Source: Eledone cirrhosa (lineage: Eukaryota). Taken from it: 64,000 nt of DNA. The stretch is taken from assembly GCA_964016885.1 (NCBI GenBank), contig OZ024740.1:11718001-11782000 (forward strand). Reading direction: 5' to 3'. The notes beneath the pieces are model-generated. The model was not told the origin of the DNA. It ran no database searches and saw only the letters and a list, made by a program, of their open reading frames with translations. Below, piece by piece: positions 44,100-58,504 of this stretch (position 1 is its first letter; each line of letters opens with the position of its first letter). The translations under genes were made by a program, and so were the position numbers.

Positions 44100-47000
44100 A
44101 GTAGTCAACAACATTATTGTCATAATGTCTATAGTAGTCAACACATTATCGTGATAATGTCTATAGTAGTCAACAACACTATTGTGATAATGTCTATAGT
44201 AGTCAACAACAGTATTGTGATAATGTCTATAGTAGTCAACAACACTATCGTGATAATGTCTATAGTAGTCAACAACACTATTGTGATAATGTCTATAGTA
44301 GTCAACAACAGTATTGTGATAATGTCTATAGTAGTCAACACACTATCGTGATACTGTCTATAATAGTCAACACACTATTGTGATAATGTATATAGTAGTC
44401 AACAATACTATTGTGATAATGTCTATAGTAGTCAACAACAGTATTGTGATAATGTCTATAGTAGTCAACAATACTATTGTGATAATGTCTATAGTAGTCA
44501 ACAACAGTATTGTGATAATGTCTATAGTAGTCAACACACTATTGTGATAATGTATATAGTAGTCAACAATACTATTGTGATAATGTCTATAGTAGTCAAC
44601 AACAGTATTGTGATAATGTCTATAGTAGTCAACACACTATTGTGATACTGTCTATAGTAGTCAACACACTATTGTGATAATGTATATAGTAGTCAACAAT
44701 ACTATTGTGATAATGTCTATAGTAGTCAACAACACTATTGTGATAATGTCTATAGTAGTCAACACACTATTGTGATAATGTCTATAGTAGTCAACACGTT
44801 ATTGTGATACTGTCTATAGTAGTCAACAACACTATTGTGATAATGTCTATAGTAGTCAACAACCCTATTGTGATACTGTCTATAGTAGTCAACAACAGTA
44901 TTGTGATAATGTCTATAGTAGTCAACACACTATTGTGATAATGTCTATAGTAGTCAACAACACTATTGTGATAATGTCTATAGTAGTCAACACACTATTG
45001 TGATAATGTCTATAGTAGTCAACAACACTATTGTGATGATGTCTATAGTAGTCAAAACAGTATTGTGATAATGTCTATAGTAGTCAACAACACTATTGTG
45101 ATAATGTCTATAGTAGTTAACAACACTATTGTGATAATGTCTATAGTAGTCAACAACACTATTGTGATAATGTCTATAGTAGTCAACAACACTATTGTGA
45201 TGATGTCTATAATAGTCAACAACACTATTGTGATGATGTCTATAGTAGTCAAGAACACTATTGTGATAATGTCTATAGTAGTCAACACATTATTGTGATA
45301 ATGTCTATAGTAGTCAACAACACTATTGTGATAATGTCTATAGTAGTCAACACATTATTGTGATAATGTCTATAGTAGTCAACAACACTATTGTGATAAT
45401 GTCTATAGTAGTCAACAACATTATTGTCATAATGTCTATAGTAGTCAACACATTATTGTGATAATGTCTATAGTAGTCAACAACACTATTGTGATAATGT
45501 CTATAGTAGTCAACAACAGTATTGTGATAATGTCTATAGTAGTCAACAACACTATCGTGATAATGTCTATAGTAGTCAACAACACTACTGTGATAATGTC
45601 TATAGTAGTCAACAACAGTATTGTGATAATGTCTATAGTAGTCAACACACTATTGTGATACTGTCTATAATAGTCAACACACTATTGTGATAATGTATAT
45701 AGTAGTCAACAATACTATTGTGATAATGTCTATAGTAGTCAACAACAGTATTGTGATAATGTCTATAGTAGTCAACACATTACAGTGATAATGTCTATAG
45801 TAGTCAACAACAGTATTGTGATAATGTCTATAGTAGTCAACACACTATTGTGATAATGTATATAGTAGTCAACAATACTATTGTGATAATGTCTATAGTA
45901 GTCAACAACAGTATTGTGATAATGTCTATAGTAGTCAACACACTATTGTGATACTGTCTATAGTAGTCAACACACTATTGTGATAATGTATATAGTAGTC
46001 AACAATACTATTGTGATAATGTCTATAGTAGTCAACAACACTATTGTGATAATGTCTATACTAGTCAACACACTATTGTGATAATGTCTATAGTAGTCAA
46101 CACATTATTGTGATACTGTCTATAGTAGTCAACAACACTATTGTGATAATGTCTATAGTAGTCAACAACCCTATTGTGATACTGTCTATAGTAGTCAACA
46201 ACAATATTGTGATAATGTCTATAGTAGTCAACACACTATTGTGATAATGTCTATAGTAGTCAACAACACTATTGTGATAATGTCTATAGTAGTCAACACA
46301 CTATTGTGATAATGTCTATAGTAGTCAACAACACTATTGTGATGATGTCTATAGTAGTCAAAACAGTATTGTGATAATGTCTATAGTATTCAACAACACT
46401 ATTGTGATAATGTCTATAGTAGTCAACAACACTATTGTGATGATGTCTATAGTTTTCAAAACAGTATTGTGATAATGTCTATAGTATTCAACAACACTAT
46501 TGTGATAATGTCTATAGTAGTCAACACACTATTTTGATAATGTCTATAGTTGTCATAACAGTATTGTGATAATGTCTATAGTAGTCAACAACACTATTGT
46601 GATGATGTCTATAGTAGTCAACACATTATTATGATAATGTCTATATTAGTCAACAACACTATTGTGATAATGTCTATAGTAGTCAGCACATTATTGTGAT
46701 AATGTCTATAGTAGTCAACAACACTATTGTGATAATGTCTATAGTAGTCAACAACACTATTGTGATAATGTCTATAGTAGTCAACACACTATTGTGATAA
46801 TGTCTATAGTAGTCAACACACTATTGTGATAATGTCTATAGTAGTCAACAACACTATTGTGATGAAGTCTATAGTAGTCAACACATTATTGTGATAATGT
46901 CTATATTAGTCAACAACACTATTGTGATAATGTCTATAGTAGTCAACAATACTATTGTGATGATGTCTATAGTAGTCAACAACACTATTGTGATAATGTC

Positions 47001-50000
47001 TATAGTAGTCAACAACAGTATTGTGATAATGTCTATAGTAGTCAACAACACTATTGTGATGATGTCTATAGTAGTCAACAACACTATTGTGATAATGTCT
47101 ATAGTAGTCAACACATTATTGTGATAATGTCTATAGTAGTCAACAACACTATTGTGATAATGTCTATAGTAGTCAACACATTATTGTGATAATGTCTATA
47201 GTAGTCAACAACACTATTGTGATAATGTCTATAGTAGTCAACAACATTATTGTCATAATGTCTATAGTAGTCAACACATTATCGTGATAATGTCTATAGT
47301 AGTCAACAACACTATTCTGATAATGTCTATAGTAGTCAACAACAGTATTGTGATAATGTCTATAGTAGTCAACAACACTATCGTGATAATGTCTATAGTA
47401 GTCAACAACACTATTGTGATAATGTCTATAGTAGTCAACAACAGTATTGTGATAATGTCTATAGTAGTCAACACACTATCGTGATACTGTCTATAATAGT
47501 CAACACACTATTGTGATAATGTATATAGTAGTCAACAATACTATTGTGATAATGTCTATAGTAGTCAACAACAGTATTGTGATAATGTCTATAGTAGTCA
47601 ACAATACTATTGTGATAATGTCTATAGTAGTCAACAACAGTATTGTGATAATGTCTATAGTAGTCAACACACTATTGTGATAATGTATATAGTAGTCAAC
47701 AATACTATTGTGATAATGTCTATAGTAGTCAACAACAGTATTGTGATAATGTCTATAGTAGTCAACAAACTATTGTGATACTGTCTATAGTAGTCAACAC
47801 ACTATTGTGATAATGTATATAGTAGTCAACAATACTATTGTGATAATGTCTATAGTAGTCAACAACACTATTGTGATAATGTCTATAGTAGTCAACACAC
47901 TATTGTGATAATGTCTATAGTAGTCAACACATTATTGTGATACTGTCTATAGTAGTCAACAACACTATTGTGATAATGTCTATAGTAGTCAACAACCCTA
48001 TTGTGATACTGTCTATAGTAGTCAACAACAGTATTGTGATAATGTCTATAGTAGTCAACACACTATTGTGATAATGTCTATAGTAGTCAACAACACTATT
48101 GTGATAATGTCTATAGTAGTCAACACACTATTGTGATAATGTCTATAGTAGTCAACAACACTATTGTGATGATGTCTATAGTAGTCAAAACAGTATTGTG
48201 ATAATGTCTATAGTAGTCAACAACACTATTGTGATAATGTCTATAGTAGTTAACAACACTATTGTGATAATGTCTATAGTAGTCAACAACACTATTGTGA
48301 TAATGTCTATAGTAGTCAACAACACTATTGTGATGATGTCTATAGTAGTCAACAACACTATTGTGATGATGTCTATAGTAGTCAAGAACACTATTGTGAT
48401 AATGTCTATAGTAGTCAACACATTATTGTGATAATGTCTATAGTAGTCAACAACACTATTGTGATGATGTCTATAGTAGTCAACACATTATTTTGATAAT
48501 GTCTATATTAGTCAACAACACTATTGTGATAATGTCTATAGTAGTCAGCACATTATTGTGATAATGTCTATAGTAGTCAACAACACTATTGTGATAATGT
48601 CTATAGTAGTCAACAACACTATTGTGATAATGTCTATAGTAGTCAACACACTATTGTGATAATGTCTATAGTAGTCAACACACTATTGTGATAATGTCTA
48701 TAGTAGTCAACAACACTATTGTGATGAAGTCTATAGTAGTCAACACATTATTGTGATAATGTCTATATTAGTCAACAACACTATTGTGATAATGTCTATA
48801 GTAGTCAACAATACTATTGTGATGATGTCTATAGTAGTCAACAACACTATTGTGATAATGTCTATAGTAGTCAACAACAGTATTGTGATAATGTCTATAG
48901 TAGTCAACAACACTATTGTGATGATGTCTATAGTAGTCAACAACACTATTGTGATAATGTCTATAGTAGTCAACACATTATTGTGATAATGTCTATAGTA
49001 GTCAACAACACTATTGTGATAATGTCTATAGTAGTCAACACATTATTGTGATAATGTCTATAGTAGTCAACAACACTATTGTGATAATGTCTATAGTAGT
49101 CAACAACATTATTGTCATAATGTCTATAGTAGTCAACACATTATCGTGATAATGTCTATAGTAGTCAACAACACTATTGTGATAATGTCTATAGTAGTCA
49201 ACAACAGTATTGTGATAATGTCTATAGTAGTCAACAACACTATCGTGATAATGTCTAAAGTAGTCAACAACACTATTGTGATAATGTCTATAGTAGTCAA
49301 CAACAGTATTGTGATAATGTCTATAGTAGTCAACACACTATCGTGATACTGTCTATAATAGTCAACACACTATTGTGATAATGTATATAGTAGTCAACAA
49401 TACTATTGTGATAATGTCTATAGTAGTCAACAACAGTATTGTGATAATGTCTATAGTAGTCAACAATACTATTGTGATAATGTCTATAGTAGTCAACAGC
49501 AGTATTGTGATAATGTCTATAGTAGTCAACACACTATTGTGATAATGTATATAGTAGTCAACAATACTATTGTGATAATGTCTATAGTAGTCAACAACAG
49601 TATTGTGATAATGTCTATAGTAGTCAACACACTATTGTGATACTGTCTATAGTAGTCAACACACTATTGTGATAATGTATATAGTAGTCAACAATACTAT
49701 TGTGATAATGTCTATAGTAGTCAACAACACTATTGTGATAATGTCTATAGTAGTCAACACACTATTGTGATAATGTCTATAGTAGTCAACACATTATTGT
49801 GATACTGTCTATAGTAGTCAACAACACTATTGTGATAATGTCTATAGTAGTCAACAACCCTATTGTGATACTGTCTATAGTAGTCAACAACAGTATTGTG
49901 ATAATGTCTATAGTAGTCAACACACTATTGTGATAATGTCTATAGTAGTCAACAACACTATTGTGATAATGTCTATAGTAGTCAACACACTATTGTGATA

Positions 50001-53000
50001 ATGTCTATAGTAGTCAACAACACTATTGTGATGATGTCTATAGTAGTCAAAACAGTATTGTGATAATGTCTATAGTAGTCAACAACACTATTGTGATAAT
50101 GTCTATAGTAGTTAACAACACTATTGTGATAATGTCTATAGTAGTCAACAACACTATTGTGATAATGTCTATAGTAGTCAACAACACTATTGTGATGATG
50201 TCTATAGTAGTCAACAACACTATTGTGATGATGTCTATAGTAGTCAAGAACACTATTGTGATAATGTCTATAGTAGTCAACACATTATTGTGATAATGTC
50301 TATAGTAGTCAACAACACTATTGTGATAATGTCTATAGTAGTCAACACATTATTGTGATAATGTCTATAGTAGTCAACAACACTATTGTGATAATGTCTA
50401 TAGTAGTCAACAACATTATTGTCATAATGTCTATAGTAGTCAACACATTATTGTGATAATGTCTATAGTAGTCAACAACACTATTGTGATAATGTCTATA
50501 GTAGTCAACAACAGTATTGTGATAATGTCTATAGTAGTCAACAACACTATCGTGATAATGTCTATAGTAGTCAACAACACTATTGTGATAATGTCTATAG
50601 TAGTCAACAACAGTATTGTGATAATGTCTATAGTAGTCAACACACTATTGTGATACTGTCTATAATAGTCAACACACTATTGTGATAATGTATATAGTAG
50701 TCAACAATACTATTGTGATAATGTCTATAGTAGTCAACAACAGTATTGTGATAATGTCTATAGTAGTCAACACATTACAGTGATAATGTCTATAGTAGTC
50801 AACAACAGTATTGTGATAATGTCTATAGTAGTCAACACACTATTGTGATAATGTATATAGTAGTCAACAATACTATTGTGATAATGTCTATAGTAGTCAA
50901 CAACAGTATTGTGATAATGTCTATAGTAGTCAACACACTATTGTGATACTGTCTATAGTAGTCAACACACTATTGTGATAATGTATATAGTAGTCAACAA
51001 TACTATTGTGATAATGTCTATAGTAGTCAACAACACTATGGTGATAATGTCTATACTAGTCAACACACTATTGTGATAATGTCTATAGTAGTCAACACAT
51101 TATTGTGATACTGTCTATAGTAGTCAACAACACTATTGTGATAATGTCTATAGTAGTCAACAACCCTATTGTGATACTGTCTATAGTAGTCAACAACAAT
51201 ATTGTGATAATGTCTATAGTAGTCAACACACTATTGTGATAATGTCTATAGTAGTCAACAACACTATTGTGATAATGTCTATAGTAGTCAACACACTATT
51301 GTGATAATGTCTATAGTAGTCAACAACACTATTGTGATGATGTCTATAGTAGTCAAAACAGTATTGTGATAATGTCTATAGTATTCAACAACACTATTGT
51401 GATAATGTCTATAGTAGTCAACAACACTATTGTGATGATGTCTATAGTTTTCAAAACAGTATTGTGATAATGTCTATAGTATTCAACAACACTATTGTGA
51501 TAATGTCTATAGTAGTCAACACACTATTTTGATAATGTCTATAGTTGTCATAACAGTATTGTGATCATGTCTATAGTAGTCAACAACACTATTGTGATGA
51601 TGTCTATAGTAGTCAACACATTATTATGATAATGTCTATATTAGTCAACAACACTATTGTGATAATGTCTATAGTAGTCAGCACATTATTGTGATAATGT
51701 CTATAGTAGTCAACAACACTATTGTGATAATGTCTATAGTAGTCAACAACACTATTGTGATAAGGTCTATAGTAGTCAACACACTATTGTGATAATGTCT
51801 ATAGTAGTCAACACACTATTGTGATAATGTCTATAGTAGTCAACAACACTATTGTGATGAAGTCTATAGTAGTCAACACATTATTGTGATAATGTCTATA
51901 TTAGTCAACAACACTATTGTGATAATGTCTATAGTAGTCAACAATACTATTGTGATGATGTCTATAGTAGTCAACAACACTATTGTGATAATGTCTATAG
52001 TAGTCAACAACAGTATTGTGATAATGTCTATAGTAGTCAACAACACTATTGTGATGATGTCTATAGTAGTCAACAACACTATTGTGATAATGTCTATAGT
52101 AGTCAACAACACTATTGTGATAATATCTATAGTAGTCAACAACACTATTGTGATAATGTCTATAGAAGTCAACAACAGTATTGTGATAATTTCTATAGTA
52201 GTCAACAACACTATTGTGATGATGTCTATAGTAGTCAACAACACTATTGTGATAATGTCTTTAGTAGTCAACAACACTATTGTGATAATGTCTATTGTAG
52301 TCAACAACAGTATTGTGATGATGTCTATAGTAGTCAACAACAGTATTGTGATAATGTCTATAGTAGTCAACACACTATTGTGATACTGTCTATAATAGTC
52401 AACACACTATTGTGATAATGTATATAGTAGTCAACAATACTATTGTGATAATGTCTATAGTAGTCAACAACAGTATTGTGATAATGTCTATAGTAGTCAA
52501 CACATTACAGTGATAATGTCTATAGTAGTCAACAACAGTATTGTGATAATGTCTATAGTAGTCAACACACTATTGTGATAATGTATATAGTAGTCAACAA
52601 TACTATTGTGATAATGTCTATAGTAGTCAACAACAGTATTGTGATAATGTCTATAGTAGTCAACACACTATTGTGATACTGTCTATAGTAGTCAACACAC
52701 TATTGTGATAATGTATATAGTAGTCAACAACCCTATTGTGATACTGTCTATAGTAGTCAACAACAATATTGTGATAATGTCTATAGTAGTCAACACACTA
52801 TTGTGATAATGTCTATAGTAGTCAACAACACTATTGTGATAATGTCTATAGTAGTCAACACTATTGTGATAATGTCTATAGTAGTCAACAACACTATTGT
52901 GATGATGTCTATAGTAGTCAAAACAGTATTGTGATAATGTCTATAGTATTCAACAACACTATTGTGATAATGTCTATAGTAGTCAACAACACTATTGTGA

Positions 53001-55500
53001 TGATGTCTATAGTTTTCAAAACAGTATTGTGATAATGTCTATAGTATTCAACAACACTATTGTGATAATGTCTATAGTAGTCAACACACTATTTTGATAA
53101 TGTCTATAGTTGTCATAACAGTATTGTGATAATGTCTATAGTAGTCAACAACACTATTGTGATGATGTCTATAGTAGTCAACACATTATTATGATAATGT
53201 CTATATTAGTCAACAACACTATTGTGATAATGTCTATAGTAGTCAGCACATTATTGTGATAATGTCTATAGTAGTCAACAACACTATTGTGATAATGTCT
53301 ATAGTAGTCAACAACACTATTGTGATAATGTCTATAGTAGTCAACACACTATTGTGATAATGTCTATAGTAGTCAACACACTATTGTGATAATGTCTATA
53401 GTAGTCAACAACACTATTGTGATGAAGTCTATAGTAGTCAACACATTATTGTGATAATGTCTATATTAGTCAACAACACTATTGTGATAATGTCTATAGT
53501 AGTCAACAATACTATTGTGATGTCTATAGTAGTCAACAACACTATTGTGATAATGTCTATAGTAGTCAACAACAGTATTGTGATAATGTCTATAGTAGTC
53601 AACAACACTATTGTGATGATGTCTATAGTAGTCAACAACACTATTGTGATAATGTCTATAGTAGTCAACAACACTATTGTGATAATATCTATAGTAGTCA
53701 ACAACACTATTGTGATAATGTCTATAGAAGTCAACAACAGTATTGTGATAATGTCTATAGTAGTCAACAACACTATTGTGATGATGTCTATAGTAGTCAA
53801 CAACACTATTGTGATAATGTCTTTAGTAGTCAACAACACTATTGTGATAATGTCTATTGTAGTCAACAACAGTATTGTGATGATGTCTATAGTAGTCAAC
53901 AACAGTATTGTGATAATGTCTATAGTAGTCAACACACTATTGTGATACTGTCTATAATAGTCAACACACTATTGTGATAATGTATATAGTAGTCAACAAT
54001 ACTATTGTGATAATGTCTATAGTAGTCAACAACAGTATTGTGATAATGTCTATAGTAGTCAACACATTACTGTGATAATGTCTATAGTAGTCAACAACAG
54101 TATTGTGATAATGTCTATAGTAGTCAACACACTATTGTGATAATGTATATAGTAGTCAACAATACTATTGTGATAATGTTTATAGTAGTCAACAACAGTA
54201 TTTTGATAATGTCTATTGTAGTCAACACACTATTGTGATACTGTCTATAGTAGTCAACACACTATTGTGATAATGTATATAGTAGTCAACAATACTATTG
54301 TGATAATGTCTATAGTAGTCAACAACAATATTGTGATAATGTCTATAGTAGTCAACACACTATTGTGATACTGTCTATAGTAGTCAACAACAGTATTGTG
54401 ATATTGTCTATAGTAGTCAACACACTATTGTGATAATGTCTATAGTAGTCAACAACACTATTGTGATAATGTCTATAGTAGTCAACACACTATTGTGATA
54501 ATGTCTATGGTAGTCAACAACACTATTGTGATTTTGTCTATAGTAGTCAAAACAGTATCGTGATAATGTCTATAGTATTCAACAACACTATTGTGATAAT
54601 GTCTATAGTAGTCAACAACACTATTGTGATGATGTCTATAGTTTTCAAAACAGTATTGTGATAATGTCTATAGTATTCAACAACACTATTGTGATAATGT
54701 CTATAGTAGTCAACAACACTATTGTGATGATGTCTATAGTTGTCAAAACAGTATTGTGATAATGTCTATAGTATTCAACAACACTATTGTGATAATGTCT
54801 ATAGTAGTCAACAACACTATTGTGATGATGTCTATAGTAGTCAACACATTATTATGATAATGTCTATATTAGTCAATAACACTATTGTGATAATGTCTAT
54901 AGTAGTCAGCACATTATTGTGATAATGTCTATAATAGTCAACAACACTATTGTGATAATGTCTATAGTAGTCAACAACACTATTGTGATAATGTCTATAG
55001 TAGTCAACACACTATTGTGATAATGTCTATAGTAGTCAACACACTATTGTGATAATGTCTATAGTAGTCAACAACACTATTGTGATGAAGTCTATAGTAG
55101 TCAACACATTATTGTGATAATGTCTATATTAGTCAACAACACTATTGTGATAATGTCTATAGTAGTCAACAACACTATTGTGATGATGTCTATAGTAGTC
55201 AATAACACTATTGTGATAATGTCTATAGTAGTCAACAACAGTATTGTGATAATGTCTATAGTAGTCAACAACACTATTGTGATGATGTCTATAGTAGTCA
55301 ACAACACTATTGTGATAATGTCTATAGTAGTCAACAACACTATTGTGATAATATCTATAGTAGTCAACAACACTATTGTGATAATGTCTATAGCAGTCAA
55401 CAACAGTATTGTGATAATGTCTATAGTAGTCAGCAACACTATTGTGATGATGTCTATAGTAGTCAACAACACTATTGTGATAATGTCTATAGTAGTCAAC
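44100..55500. repeat. Distal higher-order zone of the satellite with overlapping duplications (offsets 1565, 1663, 1862, 3133, 4995 bp)
   Basis: ORF offsets: 44138/47271 and 45052/48185 (3133); 46878/48740, 47271/49133 and 48185/50047 (1862); 45445/50440 and 46878/51873 (4995); 51873/53438 (1565); 53438/55101 (1663). Zone-specific variants are GATGAAGTCT, AGTTTTCAAAACAG and GTCAGCACATT. Confidence 0.8.
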
Positions 55501-58178
55501 AACACTATTGTGATAATGTCTATTGTAGTCAACAACAGTATTGTGATAATGTCTATAGTAGTCAACAACACTATTGTGATGATGTCTATAGTAGTCAACA
55601 ACACTATTGTGATAATGTCTATAGTAGTCAACAACACTATTGTGATAATGTCTATAGTAGTCAACAACACTATTGTGATAATGTCTATAGTAGTCAACAA
55701 CACTATTGTCATAATGTCTATAGTAGTCAACAACAGTATTGTGATACTGTCTATAGTAGTCAACAATACTATTGTGATAATGTCTATAGTAGTCAACAAC
55801 ACTATTGTGATAATGTCTATAGTAGTCAACAACACTATTGTGATAATGTCTATAGTAGTCAACAACACTATTGTGATAATGTCTATAGTAGTCAACAACA
55901 CTATTGTGATAATGTCTATATTTGTCAACAACACTATTGTGATAATGTCTATAGTAGTCAACACATTATTGTGATAAGGTCTATAGTAGTCAAGAACACT
56001 ATTGTGATAATGTCTATAGTAGTCAACACATTATTGTGATAATGTCTATATTAGTCAACAACACTATTGTGATAATGTCTATAGTAGTCAACATATTATT
56101 GTGATAATGTCTATAGTAGTCAACAACACTATTGTGATAATGTCTATAGTAGTCAACACATTATTGAGATAATGTCTATAGTAGTCAACAACACTATTGT
56201 GATAATGTCTATAGTAGTCAACACATTATTGTGATAATGTCTATAGTAGTCAACAACACTATTGTGATAATGTCTATAGTAGTCCACAACACTATTGTGA
56301 TAATGTCTATAGTAGTTAACACACTATTGTGATAATGTCTATAGTAGTCAAAAACATTATTGTGATACTGTCTATAGTAGTCAACAACATTATTGTGATA
56401 CTGTCTATAGTAGTCAACAACACTATTGTGATACTGTCTATAGTAGTCAACAACAGTATTGTGATAATGTCTATAGTAGTCAACACACTATTGTGATAAT
56501 GTATATAGTAGTCAACAACACTATTGTGATAATGTCTATAGTAGTCAACAACACTATTGTGATTATGTCTATAGTAGTCAACACACTATTGTGATAATGT
56601 CTATAGTAGTCAACAACAGTATTGTGATAATGTCTATAGTAGTCAACACACTATTGTGATAATGTCTATAGTAGTCAACAACACTATTGTGATAATGTCT
56701 ATAGTAGTCAACATCACTATTGTGATAATGTCTATAGTAGTCAACAACACTATTGTGATAATGTCTATAGTAGTCAACACATTATTGTGATAATGTCTAT
56801 AGTAGTCAACACACTATTGTGATAATGTCTATAGTAGTCAACACACTATTGTGATAATGTCTATAGTAGTCAACAACACTATTGTGATAATGTCTATAGT
56901 AGTCAACACATTATTGTGATAATGTCTATAGTAGTGAACAACACTATTGTGATAATGTCTATAGTAGTCAACACACTATTGTGATAATGTCTATAGTAGT
57001 CAACACACTATTGTGATAATGTCTATAGTAGTCAACAACACTATTGTGATAATGTCTATAGTAGTCAACACACTATTGTGATAATGTCTATAGTAGTCAA
57101 CAACACTATTGTGATAATGTCTATAGTAGTCAACACACTATTGTGATAATGTCTATAGTAGTCAACACACTATTGTGATAATGTCTATAGTAGTCAACAA
57201 CACTATTGTGATAATGTCTATAGTAGTCAACACATTATTGTGATAATGTCTATAGTAGTCAACACACTATTGTGATAATGTCTATAGTAGTCAACAACAC
57301 TATTGTGATAATGTCTATAGTAGTCAACAACACTATTGTGATAATGTCTATAGTAGTCAACACACTATTGTGATAATGTCTATAGTAGTCAACAACACTA
57401 TTGTGATAATGTCTATAGTAGTCAACACACTATTGTGATTATGTCTATAGTAGTCAACACACTATTGTGATAATGTCTATAGTAGTCAACACACTATTGT
57501 GATAATGTCTATAGTAGTCAACAACACTATTGTGATAATGTCTATAGTAGTCAACACATTATTGTGATATTGTCTATAGTAGTCAACTACACTATTGTGA
57601 TAATGTCTATAGTAGTCAACAACACTATTGTGATAATGTCTATAGTAGTCAACTACACTATTGTGATAATGTCTATAGTAGTCAACTACACTATTGTGAT
57701 AATGTCTATAGTAGTCAACAACACTATTGTGATAATGTCTATAGTAGTCAACACACTATTGTGATAATGTCTATAGTAGTCAACACACTATTGTGATAAT
57801 GTCTATAGTAGTCAACAACACTATTGTGATAATATCTATAGTAGTCAACACATTATTGTGATACTGTCTATAGTAGTCAACAACACTATTAGGTATCAAC
57901 TAACTCTATATATTATTGTTGTTGTAACTACTGTGTTGCTATTACTATACACATGTTAGATTGAGGCGCTCTTATTGTCTTATCAAGTGTGTGTATAAAT
58001 TCAGGTTCTCTCTCTCTCATTTTCCCTATCTCTTACTATTACATGTAAATGTGGGCCACATGCTGGGTGCCCCCCCCCCCTCCCCTTCGGCGGACAGAAT
58101 AGTGAAGGTGGTTCCGCAGAGGATGGTGAGGGAAGAGCCATTCCAGCTCCTGAGGCCCACATACTGATGGTGGAGAGC

Positions 58179-58345
58179 AGGGCCAAGGACACCAGAAGTC
58201 TCCACTGCTACAAGGTACCGATGGTGGTGAGTATGGAGGTGGTCCTAGGGCCAAGGACACCAGAAGTCTCCACTGCTACGGGGTACTGATGCTGGTGAGT
58301 ATGGAGGTGGTCCTAGGGCCAAGGACACCAGTAGTCTCCACTGCT
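58179..58345. repeat. 68-bp tandem repeat, ~2.5 copies
   Basis: GGCCAAGGACACCAG[A/T]AGTCTCCACTGCT starts at 58181, 58249 and 58317 (period 68). Confidence 0.92.
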
Positions 58346-58504
58346 GTTAGTGAGGTTGCAGTAGTTGTTGTTGTCTATATGTGTGTGTAGTAGCAGCACT
58401 ATATATAGGTATAGTACTTCATTGTGAGTCTTGAACTTGATAGAATCAGCAGTAGCTTTTGGAGTCTGAAGTATTTTCTGTTCCTGAAGTAGAAGTCAGG
58501 AAGT

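Larger units (their letters stand above)
1..57890. repeat. Large tandem satellite array of mixed 33-bp and 32-bp monomers with higher-order structure; runs off the left edge of the window
   Basis: Continuous head-to-tail copies of CAACAACACTATTGTGATAATGTCTATAGTAGT (33 bp) and CAACACA[T/C]TATTGTGATAATGTCTATAGTAGT (32 bp). Recurrent variants include ACAGTATT, GATACTG, GTATATAG, TATCGTG, TTCTGATAACGCC and CATTACAGTG. No inversion or foreign insertion was noticed by eye. The array ends abruptly at ...CAACACTATT|AGGTATC (57890). Confidence 0.99.

Noticed and set aside
811-57764. Over 100 short ORFs on both strands encoding (NNTIVIMSIVV)n, (LLTTIDIITIV)n or (HYCDNVYSSQQ)n
   Set aside because: They arise wherever several 33-bp monomers run consecutively and are broken by 32-bp monomers. 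They occur as mirror pairs on both strands, mostly with GTG/TTG starts, and show no gene structure. They were useful only as markers of higher-order repeats.
1-57890. CRISPR array (repeat length 32-33 bp is CRISPR-like)
   Set aside because: Monomers abut directly with no unique spacers, no cas genes are present, and the context is an intron-containing eukaryotic gene.
1-57890. Telomeric repeat or proven centromere
   Set aside because: There is no TTAGGG-type G-rich unit. Centromere function cannot be read from sequence, and the probable intronic position argues against it.
57961-58345. ORFs at 57961, 58001 and 58039, and GGEYGGGP as a candidate first GSR exon
   Set aside because: There is no GxGxxG Rossmann context and no GGTC before a donor site. 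The glycine-rich reading comes from the 68-bp repeat.
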